Made by a program: the position numbers and the translations under genes | Shown: piece by piece, positions 47,224-57,826 of the stretch | How positions within the stretch are numbered: position 1 is the first letter of the stretch | How the letters are laid out: each line of letters opens with the position of its first letter | Assembly (NCBI GenBank): GCA_963793265.1 | Contig: CAWBZI010000002.1 | Location: forward strand, 512,001 to 576,000 | Length of the DNA: 64,000 nt | Source: an uncultured cyanobacterium | GTDB taxonomy: Bacteria; Cyanobacteriota; Cyanobacteriia; Phormidesmidales; Phormidesmidaceae | Reading direction: 5' to 3' | Notes under the pieces: generated by a model | What the model was told of the DNA's origin: nothing | Seen by the model: the letters and a program-made list of their open reading frames with translations, nothing else | The model's database searches: none

Positions 47224-48237
47224 CTAAAAGTGTTGAAAGCTTCGATGAGAAATTGAAATACTTTTGATGCTGTGCTCGCCTGAAAACAGCTCTACAGTGC
47301 TTGCATTAGTCGTCGTGCCAATGGCAGTGACAAGCCCAGTTCGCACAAATTCCTGAGCTAAATCAGGCGGCAGGCAAAGCACAAGCTCGAAGTCTTCACC
47401 GCCATAAAGCGCCCACTTCAAGGCCGTCTCAGCGCCAACAGCTTTACTGAGCCCAAGGGGTAAGGGAATTTGGTTTTGCATAATATTCATGCCTACCTCG
47501 CTGCTTTTACTCAGTTGCAAAAGTGCGTTTGCTAGGCCGTCACTGCTATCCATGCCAGCGATCGCACCCCATCCTCCCCCCAGCTCACGCAGCCGATTCA
47601 CTACATCAAACCGAGGCACCGGCAACTGATGCGCCCTGATCCAATTCTGAGCATAAGCCCCCGAATCGATCTCGTCTAGTAACACTGCCAGCCCCGCCCG
47701 CGAAGCACCATGCGGCCCCGTGACTAAAACCGTCATCTCCGCACTTGCCGCATCCCGCCGAATAGCCTGCTGCGGAATTACCTCACCCAGCGCCGTAATC
47801 GAGATAGTCTGCTGCTCGGCTCGGCAAAGATCGCCGCCGAAGATTGCACCACCGTGAGCGCTTAGGCATTCTGAAATACCTTTATAGAGATCTTCTACCC
47901 AGACCCAGGGGGTCTGCGGCGGTAGCCCCAAAGCTACAGTGATGCCAATGGGGTCTGCGCCCATAGCAGCAAGATCGGATAGGTTTGCGGCGGCGGCTCG
48001 CCAGCCTACGGCGTATGGAGGAGTGGTGCGATCGCTAAAGTGCACATTCTCACTCAGCATATCGGTCGTCACCACCAGACTATGCCCTTCTCGAACCCGC
48101 ATCAGCGCCGCATCGTCGCCAATAGCACCCTCCGCACAAAAAGCCTTGACTCGTTCAATCAAGGCCAGTTCACCGATCTCAGCAATCGTCTGCGTTGGGT
48201 TCAAGCTATGGCTCCGATTGAAAGCTGAATGATTCAT
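47224..48237 (-). CDS. thiL: Thiamine-monophosphate kinase
   Basis: 'GDDAA', 'NLSDLAAMG', 'GGD', 'DSSDGL', 'GGEDFEL'. Confidence 0.93.
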   Translation of the reverse strand: MNHSAFNRSHSLNPTQTIAEIGELALIERVKAFCAEGAIGDDAALMRVREGHSLVVTTDMLSENVHFSDRTTPPYAVGWRAAAANLSDLAAMGADPIGITVALGLPPQTPWVWVEDLYKGISECLSAHGGAIFGGDLCRAEQQTISITALGEVIPQQAIRRDAASAEMTVLVTGPHGASRAGLAVLLDEIDSGAYAQNWIRAHQLPVPRFDVVNRLRELGGGWGAIAGMDSSDGLANALLQLSKSSEVGMNIMQNQIPLPLGLSKAVGAETALKWALYGGEDFELVLCLPPDLAQEFVRTGLVTAIGTTTNASTVELFSGEHSIKSISISHRSFQHF

Positions 48238-48255
48238 CTATCTTCATTCACTCTC

Positions 48256-48345
48256 GAAGCCCTCACCCCAGCCCTCTCCCGAATGGAGAGGGAGCTAGAT
48301 CAAAGTCCTTCTCCCCTCGGGAGAAGGATTTAGGATGAGGGCTTC
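48256..48345. repeat. CCCTCA/GGGAGAAGG double-hairpin repeat, stand-alone copy
   Basis: Outer IR GAAGCCCTCA/TGAGGGCTTC enclosing two hairpins; shares 41 bp exactly with 30586-30626. Confidence 0.8.
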
Positions 48346-48385
48346 AGAGTTCTCAGGGTAAACAGAACTACCCAATCCCTGATAC

Positions 48386-49468
48386 CTAGCTAGGCTCTAC
48401 AAGGTTTTCCGCCCCATCAATCACCTTAGCCGAGATAATTTTGTCACCCGCGCTTAGCTTTCTAAGCACGTCCTTACCCTCAATCGTGTAGCCAAACACC
48501 GCATAGCGACCGTCCAGCATATTGCGGCCCGCAGGCGTTAGCTCTGCTTCAAACAAGAAGAAAAAGAACTGAGACGATCCGCCGTTGTTGTCATCGCCAG
48601 GACGCGCCAGCGCCAAGCTACCAAATGAGTTGAAAGGCAGAACAGGCTCATCCATATAGCGACCAATTTCTTCAAGCGTGACGCCATAAGTTGGCGCATC
48701 GTCACCTTTTACTAAAATCTCCATCGGAATCGCCCGATATTCTTTAGTTTTAGGATCGATATAGCCTTCGTCTGCCCCTTCAGGATCGCCCGTTTGCAGC
48801 ACGTAAAAGTCTTCAGCTCTGATAAAAGGCAGGCCATCATAAAACTTTTTATTTACCAAATCAACGAAATTACCCGCTGTCACTGGCGCGCTATACCCAT
48901 CAGCAATCACCGTAATATCGCCCTGCGTAGTGGTGAACTGCACAGTCGCGCGGCCTTTGAGCTGAGGCAAACTGTCATATTCTTCAGGCACTTCAAACGG
49001 GTAGCCATCTACCATCAGCTCTTCTAGCTCACCGACTTGATCAAGCAGATTTTTCCGCTCAACCCAAACGCCCTCTTTATCTTTAGCTTCAGCCGCTTCG
49101 CGCAAAGGCTCAGTGCCCGCAATCAGGCTGTCGATTAGAGCATTTGCCTGATCTTGGCGATCGGCAGGGACAGAGGCCAAAATAGCCGACCGTTTTTTAT
49201 TTAAGATGCGCTCTACTTTCGTGACATCTTTTTTAATCGGCCCCCAGCGCTTACTGCGCAGCCATTCCGACAAACCCTCTATATCGCCCTGCACTTTGCG
49301 AATCTCTTTGTTGTCAATCGGGAGCGAATAGCGGAGGAGCGCTGCGCCATCGGTGACGGCGTTACCGGGGGGAAGTCCGGCATGAGCGGGTGAGGCAAGG
49401 CTCAAAACGCACGACGCAGATAAAAACAGTCCCAACACGAGGGATAACAGAGGCTTTCGCAAATTCAT
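48386..49468 (-). CDS. Cyclophilin-type peptidyl-prolyl isomerase (TLP40/CYP38-like)
   Basis: Signal peptide, helical bundle, 'DGYSAPVTAGNFVDLV', 'SSQFFF', 'LDGRYAVFGY'. Confidence 0.88.
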   Translation of the reverse strand: MNLRKPLLSLVLGLFLSASCVLSLASPAHAGLPPGNAVTDGAALLRYSLPIDNKEIRKVQGDIEGLSEWLRSKRWGPIKKDVTKVERILNKKRSAILASVPADRQDQANALIDSLIAGTEPLREAAEAKDKEGVWVERKNLLDQVGELEELMVDGYPFEVPEEYDSLPQLKGRATVQFTTTQGDITVIADGYSAPVTAGNFVDLVNKKFYDGLPFIRAEDFYVLQTGDPEGADEGYIDPKTKEYRAIPMEILVKGDDAPTYGVTLEEIGRYMDEPVLPFNSFGSLALARPGDDNNGGSSQFFFFLFEAELTPAGRNMLDGRYAVFGYTIEGKDVLRKLSAGDKIISAKVIDGAENLVEPS

Positions 49469-49695
49469 GGATCGATTTTGGTGGCTGTATTGTAGCGGTC
49501 ACTTTCGATCTTGCCACAGTGCGTGCAACTCAGCGCCTTGATGACGTTATCTATTCACCGCTTGAACGAGCGTTTCGATGACAAATCAAGGCTTTCGCCG
49601 TAACTTAGCTACAACTTAAATAGGCTAAATGCCCTGTGAAATGTCTCCGGGCGGTACAATAATGGCCGATTGCCTAGCACACATTAGCTATCACC

Positions 49696-50259
49696 ATGAT
49701 TTCAAGCAATGATTTTCGCACCGGTACCAGCATTGAGTTAGACGGCTCTGTGTGGCGCGTGATTGAGTTTTTGCACGTAAAACCCGGTAAAGGCTCTGCG
49801 TTTGTTCGCACTAAGCTCAAAAATGTACAAACGGGTAGCACGGTAGACAAAACCTTCAGAGCAGGGGAGACGATGCCCCAGGCTGTGCTTGAAAAAACCA
49901 CTATGCAGCATACCTATAAAGAAGCTGACCAGTATGTCTTTATGGATATGGAAACCTATGAGGAGGCGCGCTTGAGCGAAGAGCAAATTGGCGATCGCGT
50001 GAAATACCTCAAAGAGGAAATGGAAGTCACGGTGCTGATGTGGAACGACAAGGTGCTAGAGGTCGAGCTGCCTAACTCTGTGTCATTAGAAGTTACGCAG
50101 ACCGATCCGGGTGTTAAAGGCGATACGGCGACAGGTGGCACTAAGCCCGCAATTGTTGAAACGGGCGCGCAGGTGATGGTGCCGTTGTTTATTTCACAGG
50201 GCGAGAAAATAAAAATTGATACGCGGAACGATACTTACCTCGGTCGTGAGACGAGCTAA
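49696..50259 (+). CDS. efp: Elongation factor P
   Basis: '[12 protein letters not shown]', '[14 protein letters not shown]'. Confidence 0.97.
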   Translation: MISSNDFRTGTSIELDGSVWRVIEFLHVKPGKGSAFVRTKLKNVQTGSTVDKTFRAGETMPQAVLEKTTMQHTYKEADQYVFMDMETYEEARLSEEQIGDRVKYLKEEMEVTVLMWNDKVLEVELPNSVSLEVTQTDPGVKGDTATGGTKPAIVETGAQVMVPLFISQGEKIKIDTRNDTYLGRETS

Positions 50260-50332
50260 GCCCTTTAAATACCAGAGCCTTTGAATACAGGGCTAGAGAC
50301 TGCGTGCATTAAGATATGGAGCTTTATAATAA

Positions 50333-50848
50333 GTGACTCTTAGTTTCAACGAACTTCGCGAGTTGGTGGCTGCGCTCAACCAAACTGACATCGCTGAATT
50401 AACCCTTAAAAATGCGGATTTTGAGCTGACGCTACGCAAGCCCTCAGCCCTTCAGCCAGATGTGGTGATGAGCGCGGCCCCGACTGCTTTGCCTTTACCG
50501 CCTGCACCGGTAGCACCAGCTGCGATCGCTAATAACATAGCCGCACAGCCGCAGGCTCCCGTTGGACAGCCCGAATCAGCGGCTGCGCCTACGGTAGATT
50601 CTTCGCTAGTTGAGATTACTGCGCCAATGGTCGGGACGTTTTACCGGTCGCCTGCACCAGATGAGGCTTCGTTTGTAGAGGTGGGCGATCGCATCCAAGC
50701 CGGCCAAACCGTCTGCATCATCGAAGCGATGAAGCTCATGAACGAGCTAGAGGCCGAAGTCTCGGGCGAAATTGTAGATATCCTGGTCGAAAACTCCGAG
50801 CCTGTGGAGTTTGGTCAGCCGCTGATGCGCGTACGCCCTGCTAAGTAA
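50333..50848 (+). CDS. accB: Acetyl-CoA carboxylase biotin carboxyl carrier protein
   Basis: 'APMVGTFY', 'EAMKLMNE' biotinylation motif. Confidence 0.95.
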   Translation: MTLSFNELRELVAALNQTDIAELTLKNADFELTLRKPSALQPDVVMSAAPTALPLPPAPVAPAAIANNIAAQPQAPVGQPESAAAPTVDSSLVEITAPMVGTFYRSPAPDEASFVEVGDRIQAGQTVCIIEAMKLMNELEAEVSGEIVDILVENSEPVEFGQPLMRVRPAK

Positions 50849-51101
50849 TTTGTAGGAATTGAGTGCTCAGTAAGAAATAAATGCTTAGAAGGCAACCTTT
50901 CTATAATTACTTTCCCGTATTTGCTATCTTTGTAAAGATAGTAAAAGTGGCCATTTAAGCATGTCCACAGGGCTGAGCCCACATCAGTTGGGAAGAGGTT
51001 TGAAAGCATTCTTCTGGCAAAATCGAATCCGTAAGACCACAGATTTTCACCCTGAATTTGTTATCGAACCGCTCAGCGAAATTGTACTCAGGAGGAAAAC
51101 T

Positions 51102-51500
51102 ATGACAGAAGGCATTATGAAAAACAGCGCCCGTCAAGAGCAAGCTCCCAACAGCCGATCCGCCAGCTACGCCTCATCAGCGCCGAGCAGGCTATATCAC
51201 CGTTTAGAAGAAGCTTTAAATTCTGGCAGCGAAGTTTGGTTCCGAATGCCCGGCACCCGATTGGTCGGCATTCCTATCTTTTTAGATACTGACTATGTAG
51301 AAGTTGTCGATGTCGATGTCGCTGAAGGGTTTGAAGACGAAGAGCTGCCTGACGAGCCCTATCAGCGCACCGTATGGCTGATTCGCCTAGAAGAAATTAG
51401 CGCGATTTCTTACGCAACCGATCGCTGGAGTAAGGATCGCTTTGAGCGCCTGCTAGAAAAATCGCACCGCGAAGACGGCCCTGACACTGAGCCGCGATAG
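51102..51500 (+). CDS. Hypothetical protein (Sm-like beta pattern)
   Basis: SD AGGAGG before ATG at 51102; 'VWFR...LVGIPIFLD.DYVEVV...WLIRLEEISAIS'. Confidence 0.6.
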   Translation: MTEGIMKNSARQEQAPNSRSASYASSAPSRLYHRLEEALNSGSEVWFRMPGTRLVGIPIFLDTDYVEVVDVDVAEGFEDEELPDEPYQRTVWLIRLEEISAISYATDRWSKDRFERLLEKSHREDGPDTEPR

Positions 51501-51528
51501 TTCCAGTTCGCGATTGCAAAGACTGTGA

Positions 51529-52470
51529 CTAAGACTGTGTTTTCGGTTGGGCTGACGATTCTTTGACCGGATTGATATTCAAACTGCGAAAGTATCGTCC
51601 GCCAACGCCCGTTAGAAAAGCAACGTAGACAATTATCTGTAGCAGATAAATATGATCGCGGTAGCCCAGCAGCGTTTTGAGCAAAATGCCGGGAAACTGC
51701 CTGTCAGGTAAAACGGCGCTCGCATCCCAAATCAGCGGCCCTAAAATGCAGGATTGTGTGCTGATACACAAGTCCACGTTGGGCTGGTTAAGCATACTGA
51801 TCGCGGTGAAAGCCGCGTCTAAGTTTTTGAACACTGATACGACCAGGCCCGCAACGATGAGCAGTAGAAAGGTGCCCATCGTCTGAAAGAACAGCCGCAG
51901 GTTTATTTTCACGCCGAACTTAAATAGGGCGACGCCGATTGCAAAGGCACCTGTAAGGCCAGCGATCGCGCCAAAAATGCTCGCCGTACTCTGCTGCTCT
52001 GCCTGCGAAAGCGTACTGAACAAAAACAGCACCGTCTCAAACCCTTCGCGCAGCACCGCCACACAGACCAGGCTAAAGATACTAACATTCGCCCCTTCCG
52101 AATCAGCCAAAGCATCTTGAAGCGAGCCTTCCACATTGCCCTTCAAGCTCCGCGCCTGCTGCGTCATCCAAATCAGCATCCAGCTCAGCATCACCACGGC
52201 CACACTGCCAAACGTCACGCCCAAGAAGGGTTTGACCACAGCTTGTAGGGTGGGAGCCGCATACTGCACCCGGCTCAGGGCAATCCCAAAGAAAAGACCA
52301 ATTAAAACGCTGCCCGCAATCCCAGCAGCGACCCCACCGTACACCCATTTGTTTAGCTCGCTACGGTTAGCTTTGCCTAAGCAGGCCAGCACAATGCCGA
52401 CCACCAGGGCAGCTTCTACCCCTTCTCTGAGCGTGATCACGAACGTGGGGAGAGCTTGAGAAAAATCCAT
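51529..52470 (-). CDS. FTR1-family iron permease
   Basis: Two REGxE motifs (REGVE, REGFE). Confidence 0.92.
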   Translation of the reverse strand: MDFSQALPTFVITLREGVEAALVVGIVLACLGKANRSELNKWVYGGVAAGIAGSVLIGLFFGIALSRVQYAAPTLQAVVKPFLGVTFGSVAVVMLSWMLIWMTQQARSLKGNVEGSLQDALADSEGANVSIFSLVCVAVLREGFETVLFLFSTLSQAEQQSTASIFGAIAGLTGAFAIGVALFKFGVKINLRLFFQTMGTFLLLIVAGLVVSVFKNLDAAFTAISMLNQPNVDLCISTQSCILGPLIWDASAVLPDRQFPGILLKTLLGYRDHIYLLQIIVYVAFLTGVGGRYFRSLNINPVKESSAQPKTQS

Positions 52471-52552
52471 AGGGGCTACGAAAAGCGCTGGTTATATTAT
52501 CGCGCTAATCGCCTGAGATGAGATGCACCAAGGCTAAAACGAACACAAAAGA

Positions 52553-53506
52553 TCAATCAACCAGGCCGATTTCTTTGAGACGCTGGTGAAGATACTCGCC
52601 CGCCGTTTGGGGTGGATACTGCGGCGCTTTGCCCGTGCGCTCAACACACTCAGGAAGTGGGGTAAGGTCAAACTCAGGGCGGGGGTGAACGAAAAAGGGC
52701 ATGGAGAAGCGGCGATCGCGACTGCTATTAGGATTTGCAACCCGGTGCGTGGTGCTCTTCAGTAAACCGTTCGTGAGCGACTGAAGCATATCGCCCGTAT
52801 CGACCACGATTTGTCCGGGAAGCGTCTGCACCGACAGCCATTCTCCATCTGGTTTCAGCAGTTCCAACCCTGGCGTAGTCGCCTCACACAGCAGCGTAAT
52901 CAGGTTGATATCTTCGTGGGGAGCGGCTCTTTGGCTAGCCGGAGTCGCGTCGTCAGGAATGGGCGGATAGTGAATGACGCGCAAAATGGTGTGACCCTCA
53001 GCGACCTGCGTCGTGAAAAAGTCGGCGGGCTGATTGAGGTATAGGGCGCAGGCTTCCATCAGATGACTCGCACAGGTTTCAAGCTGTTGGAATAGGGTCG
53101 CCATCACCGGCTGAAACTGGGGGACTTCTCGGGGCCAAATGTTGTCGGGGTAGTCGGTGGGATTTTCGACGAGGCGATCGCGCCCCAAATGCCAAAATTC
53201 CTTCAAGTCAGGAGCCTCACTGTCCTTAGCGTGCTCCTTACCAAAGCAAGTAAATCCCCGCTGTCCTTTGAGATCGCTAATTTCATACTGCGCTTTAGTC
53301 GCTTCGGGCAGCGCAAAGAAGGCTTCTGTCGCCGCATAGGCCGCATCGATAATGCGCTGCTCTACGCCGTGATCGGTCAGCGTAAAAAAGCCCAAACCCG
53401 ATAGCGCCTGACCAAAACCAGCCACAAAATCTTTTGACTTCTGGCTATCTCTGGGGCCATTAATAAAGTCTTGCAGGCTTAAAACGGGAATGGTTTGAGC
53501 GGTCAT
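52553..53506 (-). CDS. Isopenicillin N synthase-family 2OG-Fe(II) oxygenase
   Basis: 'GFF', 'LRVIHYPP', 'HED', 'GDML', 'HRV', 'RFS'; ATG at 53506. Confidence 0.88.
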   Translation of the reverse strand: MTAQTIPVLSLQDFINGPRDSQKSKDFVAGFGQALSGLGFFTLTDHGVEQRIIDAAYAATEAFFALPEATKAQYEISDLKGQRGFTCFGKEHAKDSEAPDLKEFWHLGRDRLVENPTDYPDNIWPREVPQFQPVMATLFQQLETCASHLMEACALYLNQPADFFTTQVAEGHTILRVIHYPPIPDDATPASQRAAPHEDINLITLLCEATTPGLELLKPDGEWLSVQTLPGQIVVDTGDMLQSLTNGLLKSTTHRVANPNSSRDRRFSMPFFVHPRPEFDLTPLPECVERTGKAPQYPPQTAGEYLHQRLKEIGLVD

Positions 53507-53574
53507 AAGCGAAACACAATGAGATGGTGAGGGGGTAGATAAACCGTCCAAGGAAGCGGCTGTTGCTGAAGCTG

Positions 53575-54480
53575 TTACCGAAGCGATCGAGAAACAATAG
53601 CCTGCAATTGGTAGTCGTGTGAGCCAATAGCGGGCGTATGGAGTTTCAGGAAAACGAGCGTGCTATGGGGCAGTGCCAAATGACGTGCAGGCCAACAAAG
53701 TGCATGGTTATTAGGCTTCTCAGATGATAAATCTACAGTTGAGGGCGAACTATTCTCTCCAAGCTCGCGATGTCGAGAAGCCATTCTAGCAGGTGCTTCG
53801 AAGAGCGTTTGGCTGCTGCCATACCGTTTTGATGTGATAAATGATACGTTGTGCGGGCGAATGCCTACAGCGCGAGGATTTGAAGCATCCTGGGTGTATG
53901 CGCTCAGACTGGAAACAACGGGAAGTTGGAGCAACATTTGCCACACTTGCGCATACGCTTGCCCTGGGTGGATGACTGTAGCGGGAGAGAAATTACAGGA
54001 GGCTGTAAGGCTAGCGATTTCAGGCGTGTGAGGACGCTCAAAAACGGTAACGGGTTCTCCCTGCTGAACGGTTTGGCCATCGTGTAAAACCATGAACTGA
54101 CTGGTTTGGTAGGCTTCTGGTAGGCTGTGGGTGACGAGTAAGGTGAGGCCGGGGTAGGTTTGCAGGCGTTGGAAAAGCTGCTGGCTGAGGTGCGATCGCA
54201 AGTGTGTATCTAGCGCTGAGAAAGGCTCGTCTGATAAAAGCAGCTGGGGTCTGGTGACAAGTGCTCTGGCCGAAGCTACCCTTTGCTGCTGACCGCCCGA
54301 GAGCTGGTGAGGATAATAGTGGGCAAAGCCAGTCATGTTTACGGCGGCTAGCTCGGCGGTAACAATCTTTAGGGCGTGCTGAGAATTTTGTGGATAAATG
54401 CCGAAGGCTACGTTTTGTGAAACGGTGAGGTGGGGGAAGAGAGCGTAGTTTTGGAACAGGAGAGCGGTAGTGTGATCGCG
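53575..54480 (-). pseudogene. 5'-truncated ModC-like ABC ATPase (no Walker A)
   Basis: The frame extends upstream of the ORF-track ATG through 'LLFQNYALFPHLTVSQNVAFG' to about 54480; LSGGQ present, Walker B reads 'LLSDEP'. Confidence 0.75.
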
Positions 54481-55283
54481 ATAAAGCCGAAGCGTTGAAA
54501 AATCTGAGTGGCCGCAGGTGTGGTTAGAAAGTCGATGTATTGCTGGGCGGCTTCGGGCGATTCGCTGCGCTGCAAGGTAGCAATGGGATAGCGGATGGGG
54601 GGATGGGTGTTAGGGGGGGCGATCACAACTACTTTCACCCGATCCGACAGTCGCGCATCTGTGGCGTACACCAGCCCAGCACTGACGTTCCCACTCGCGA
54701 TAGCCGCTAAAACGGCCCGCACGTTGTTAAAAAAAACCAGCTTTGAATCAATATCAGGCAGCAAGTCAAGTGCTTTCAAAGTGACCTGAGCGTATTGCCC
54801 TGCTGGAACGCTTTGAAACTCACCTACGGCTAGGCTTTTAAAGCTAGACGATTTCTTTGCGTTTAAGTCTTCAAAGCTATCGACCGAGCTATTGAGCGGC
54901 GTAATTAGAACAAGCTGATTGCTCAAAATATCTCGTCGTGAGGCTTGTCGTATCAAATTTTGAGCAGCTAGCGCGTCCATTTGCTGTGGACTCGCTGAAA
55001 AGAAAATGTCTGTAGGTGCGCCTCGCTCAATTTGTCTTTGTAGCGTGCCTGAGCCGCCTGAATTGTAAGCAATATCGATATCAGGGTGAGCTTGCTTAAA
55101 TAGCGGATTGATGTCAGTCAGTGCGTTTTGCAGGCTAGCGGCTGCGGACACTGTGAGCGTGATGGATTGATTTTTGTCTGTAGGAATTGATGTGCAGCTA
55201 TGAGTCGCGATCGCTAGCATCATCGCGATCAAAGCAGCGGCAATCTTACGGTTTTGCTGAAGGAAACGAGTAGCTGAAGTCAA
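54408..55283 (-). CDS. modA: Molybdate ABC transporter substrate-binding lipoprotein (read-through C-terminus)
   Basis: 'SAAASL', 'GSGTLQRQIERGAP.DIF', 'VPAGQYA', 'NVRAVL', 'VYATDA'; homology ends at 'FQRFGF'. Confidence 0.88.
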   Translation of the reverse strand: MTSATRFLQQNRKIAAALIAMMLAIATHSCTSIPTDKNQSITLTVSAAASLQNALTDINPLFKQAHPDIDIAYNSGGSGTLQRQIERGAPTDIFFSASPQQMDALAAQNLIRQASRRDILSNQLVLITPLNSSVDSFEDLNAKKSSSFKSLAVGEFQSVPAGQYAQVTLKALDLLPDIDSKLVFFNNVRAVLAAIASGNVSAGLVYATDARLSDRVKVVVIAPPNTHPPIRYPIATLQRSESPEAAQQYIDFLTTPAATQIFQRFGFIAITLPLSCSKTTLSSPTSPFHKT

Positions 55284-55432
55284 TCGGGTTCGCTGAAGCG
55301 GTAGAATTTACAAAGGTTTACACCATAGTCATGTTCTCACGCTGTCCATCGTAGTCCGTTGTATTTAAGCCTGGCCGGTTCATTTTACTAAGCCAGTTTT
55401 ATTAGCGAGCCTCACGCTTTCCTTAATTTTGA

Positions 55433-55831
55433 ATGCTTTTTCTTAAGTCCCTAATCGTCGATAAGTTCTTATCTGTTTGGTGGGTCGTCGTAACCTTACT
55501 ACTGACGCTACCCTTTGCAGTGTGGATTTTGAACGTTACCACTGCGCCCGCTCAAGCGACCGATTGCAAAACGTTTAGCGGTCATCAAGTGTGCTTGGTG
55601 AGCGTGAAGCGCAGTGCAGCGCGCTATTGGGAATATCGGACGGTGGTGAGTATTGATGGGGCCAAGCAGCCGCTAGAGCTTTATAACTGTCGCGATCGCA
55701 CCCGCGAGCTAGCCAGCGACGGCACCCTAATCCCTTTCTTAACCGGCAAAACAGGCGACTGGATCTGTCAGCTCACGACGCCAACACGCTCTAGCAGGCT
55801 TGACGACCGAGTAACGATTAATATTCGTTGA
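55433..55831 (+). CDS. Conserved cyanobacterial secreted hypothetical protein
   Basis: Signal peptide 'APAQA', 'C...C..S.KRSA..YWEYR...YNCR'. Confidence 0.65.
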   Translation: MLFLKSLIVDKFLSVWWVVVTLLLTLPFAVWILNVTTAPAQATDCKTFSGHQVCLVSVKRSAARYWEYRTVVSIDGAKQPLELYNCRDRTRELASDGTLIPFLTGKTGDWICQLTTPTRSSRLDDRVTINIR

Positions 55832-55833
55832 GG

Positions 55834-56457
55834 TCAATGCTCAAAAACACTGCCGTACTGCCGCAAATCCAGCTCTACAAACGTTGGTAAGCAGGTTAAG
55901 CACTGTTCTAACAGCGTCCAGCGATCTTCTCGCTTTAGCATGGTAGTAAGCTGATTGCGCAGTGAATGCAAATAGCGCACATCATTGGCAGCGTAGCTAA
56001 GCTGTTCGTCACTCAGCGCATCGACATTGCCCCAGTCAGAACTTTGCTGAGATTTATCTAGCTCTACACCTTCCAGCTCTCTTACAAGCGACTTCAGGCC
56101 GTGACTAGGGCTGTAGGTACGAGCGATTTTGCTGGCAATTTTGGTGCAAAATACGGGCGCAGTCACAATGCCCAAGTGGTGCTGTAAGGTTGCCAGATCA
56201 AAGCGAGCGAAGTGGAAGATTTTAGTGATGTTGGGCGCTTCTAAGAGCTGTTTGAGGTTCGGTGCTTCGGTTTGGCCCCGCTCGACGCGAATGGCGCAGA
56301 CGTAGCCTTTGGGGTCGCAGAGTTGGATTAGGCAGAGGCGATCGCGCATTGGATTGAGCCCCATGGTTTCGGTATCGACAGCGATCGCTTCTGCCTGCAT
56401 GTATCGCTCTAGTAGCTGCGGGGTTATGTCGCGATCGCAAACCTCGAAATTCTCCAC
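55834..56457 (-). CDS. Ribonuclease D-like 3'-5' exonuclease
   Basis: DEDD motifs 'VDTE', 'HFARFD', 'SSDW', 'YAANDV'. Confidence 0.88.
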   Translation of the reverse strand: MENFEVCDRDITPQLLERYMQAEAIAVDTETMGLNPMRDRLCLIQLCDPKGYVCAIRVERGQTEAPNLKQLLEAPNITKIFHFARFDLATLQHHLGIVTAPVFCTKIASKIARTYSPSHGLKSLVRELEGVELDKSQQSSDWGNVDALSDEQLSYAANDVRYLHSLRNQLTTMLKREDRWTLLEQCLTCLPTFVELDLRQYGSVFEH

Positions 56458-56507
56458 TCAAATGCTCCTGACTGTACGTTGGGTGATTGATTGAAATAAG
56501 AGACAAG

Positions 56508-56532
56508 AGGGCGCATAGCCATGCGCCCTTAC
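56508..56532 (-). repeat. REP-like palindrome downstream of trpB
   Basis: Minus strand GTAAGGGCGCAT-GGCT-ATGCGCCCT. Confidence 0.5.
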
Positions 56533-56554
56533 GGATGGACGGCGATGATAGCGG

Positions 56555-57826
56555 CTACTCGAAGTTCAACACTTTTGCGACTGTCTGTACGTCTTTGTCG
56601 CCGCGTCCAGAACAGTTGATGACAACCTTCTCATTACCTAGCGTAGGACACAGCGTCTCTAGATACGCAAACGCATGAGCTGTCTCTAACGCTGGAATAA
56701 TGCCTTCCAATCGCGACACAAGCTGAAACGCCTCTAACGCTTCCGCGTCCGTCACACTGTAATACTCCGCCCGGCCCAAGTCCTTAAAGTAGCTGTGCTC
56801 TGGCCCCACACCCGGATAGTCAAGCCCCGCGCTAATCGAATGCGCCTCAGTTACCTGACCTTCGCCATCTTGCAACAAATAGCTCATCGCCCCGTGCAAA
56901 ACGCCCACACGCCCTTTCGTCAGTGTCGCCGCGTGTTTATCCGTCTCAGCGCCTTCACCCGCCGCCTCAATCCCAATCATCCGAATCTCAGTATCACCCA
57001 CAAACTCATGAAACAGGCCCATTGCATTCGAGCCACCGCCCACACAGGCCAGCAGCAAATCTGGCTTACCGCCCCACTTTTCTAGGCATTGCGATCGCGT
57101 CTCTACCCCGATCACGCCATGAAAATCACGCACCATCATCGGATACGGATGTGGCCCAGCCACCGAGCCCAAAATGTAATGCGTCGTCTCCACATTCGTC
57201 ACCCAGTCACGAATCGCCTCACTCGTCGCATCCTTCAGCGTGCCGCTGCCTGCACTCACCGGGCTCACCGTCGCTCCCATCAAGCGCATCCGAAACACGT
57301 TCAGCTCCTGCCGCCGCATATCTTCTACGCCCATATACACAATGCACTCCAGGCCAAAGCGAGCGCACACGGTCGCCGTTGCCACCCCATGCTGACCCGC
57401 GCCCGTCTCAGCGATTACCCGCTTTTTACCCATTCGCTTAGCCAACAGCACCTGACCAAGCGCGTTATTAATCTTGTGCGCGCCCGTATGGTTCAAGTCC
57501 TCACGCTTCAAATAAATCTGCGGCCCGCTGCCATCAGGCTTGGCGTAGTGCTCCGTCAAACGCTCCGCGAAATACAGCGGATTCGCCCGGCCCACGTAGT
57601 CCTTTAATAGGCCCTGCAATTCTGATTGAAAGTCAGCCTCTTCCCGGTGGCGATAGTAAGCCTCCTCTAATTCCTTTAAAGCAGGCATTAGTGTCTCAGG
57701 CACATACTTACCGCCAAACTTACCAAATCGACCTAGCTTATCGGGGCGAGCTGAGAGCAACAGGGCGTCATCAGAAGTTTGGTCAACAGTTTGTTTAGCG
57801 GGCTTAGAAAGAGGCGTAACAGTCAC
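56555..57826 (-). CDS. trpB: Tryptophan synthase beta chain
   Basis: '[11 protein letters not shown]', 'ETGAGQHG', 'GGGSNA', 'SGRGDKD'. Confidence 0.97.
   Translation of the reverse strand: MTVTPLSKPAKQTVDQTSDDALLLSARPDKLGRFGKFGGKYVPETLMPALKELEEAYYRHREEADFQSELQGLLKDYVGRANPLYFAERLTEHYAKPDGSGPQIYLKREDLNHTGAHKINNALGQVLLAKRMGKKRVIAETGAGQHGVATATVCARFGLECIVYMGVEDMRRQELNVFRMRLMGATVSPVSAGSGTLKDATSEAIRDWVTNVETTHYILGSVAGPHPYPMMVRDFHGVIGVETRSQCLEKWGGKPDLLLACVGGGSNAMGLFHEFVGDTEIRMIGIEAAGEGAETDKHAATLTKGRVGVLHGAMSYLLQDGEGQVTEAHSISAGLDYPGVGPEHSYFKDLGRAEYYSVTDAEALEAFQLVSRLEGIIPALETAHAFAYLETLCPTLGNEKVVINCSGRGDKDVQTVAKVLNFE

Noticed and set aside
48238..48385. TPP riboswitch upstream of thiL
   Set aside because: No TPP aptamer consensus; the structure is the dispersed palindromic repeat
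54408..55283. Orphan ModA as a vanadate carrier for the haloperoxidase
   Set aside because: About 39 kb away with ordinary ModA motifs; no sequence support
56795..57607. Long antisense ORFs over trpB, and similar shadow ORFs elsewhere
   Set aside because: Explained by codon bias of the real gene on the opposite strand; no recognisable motifs
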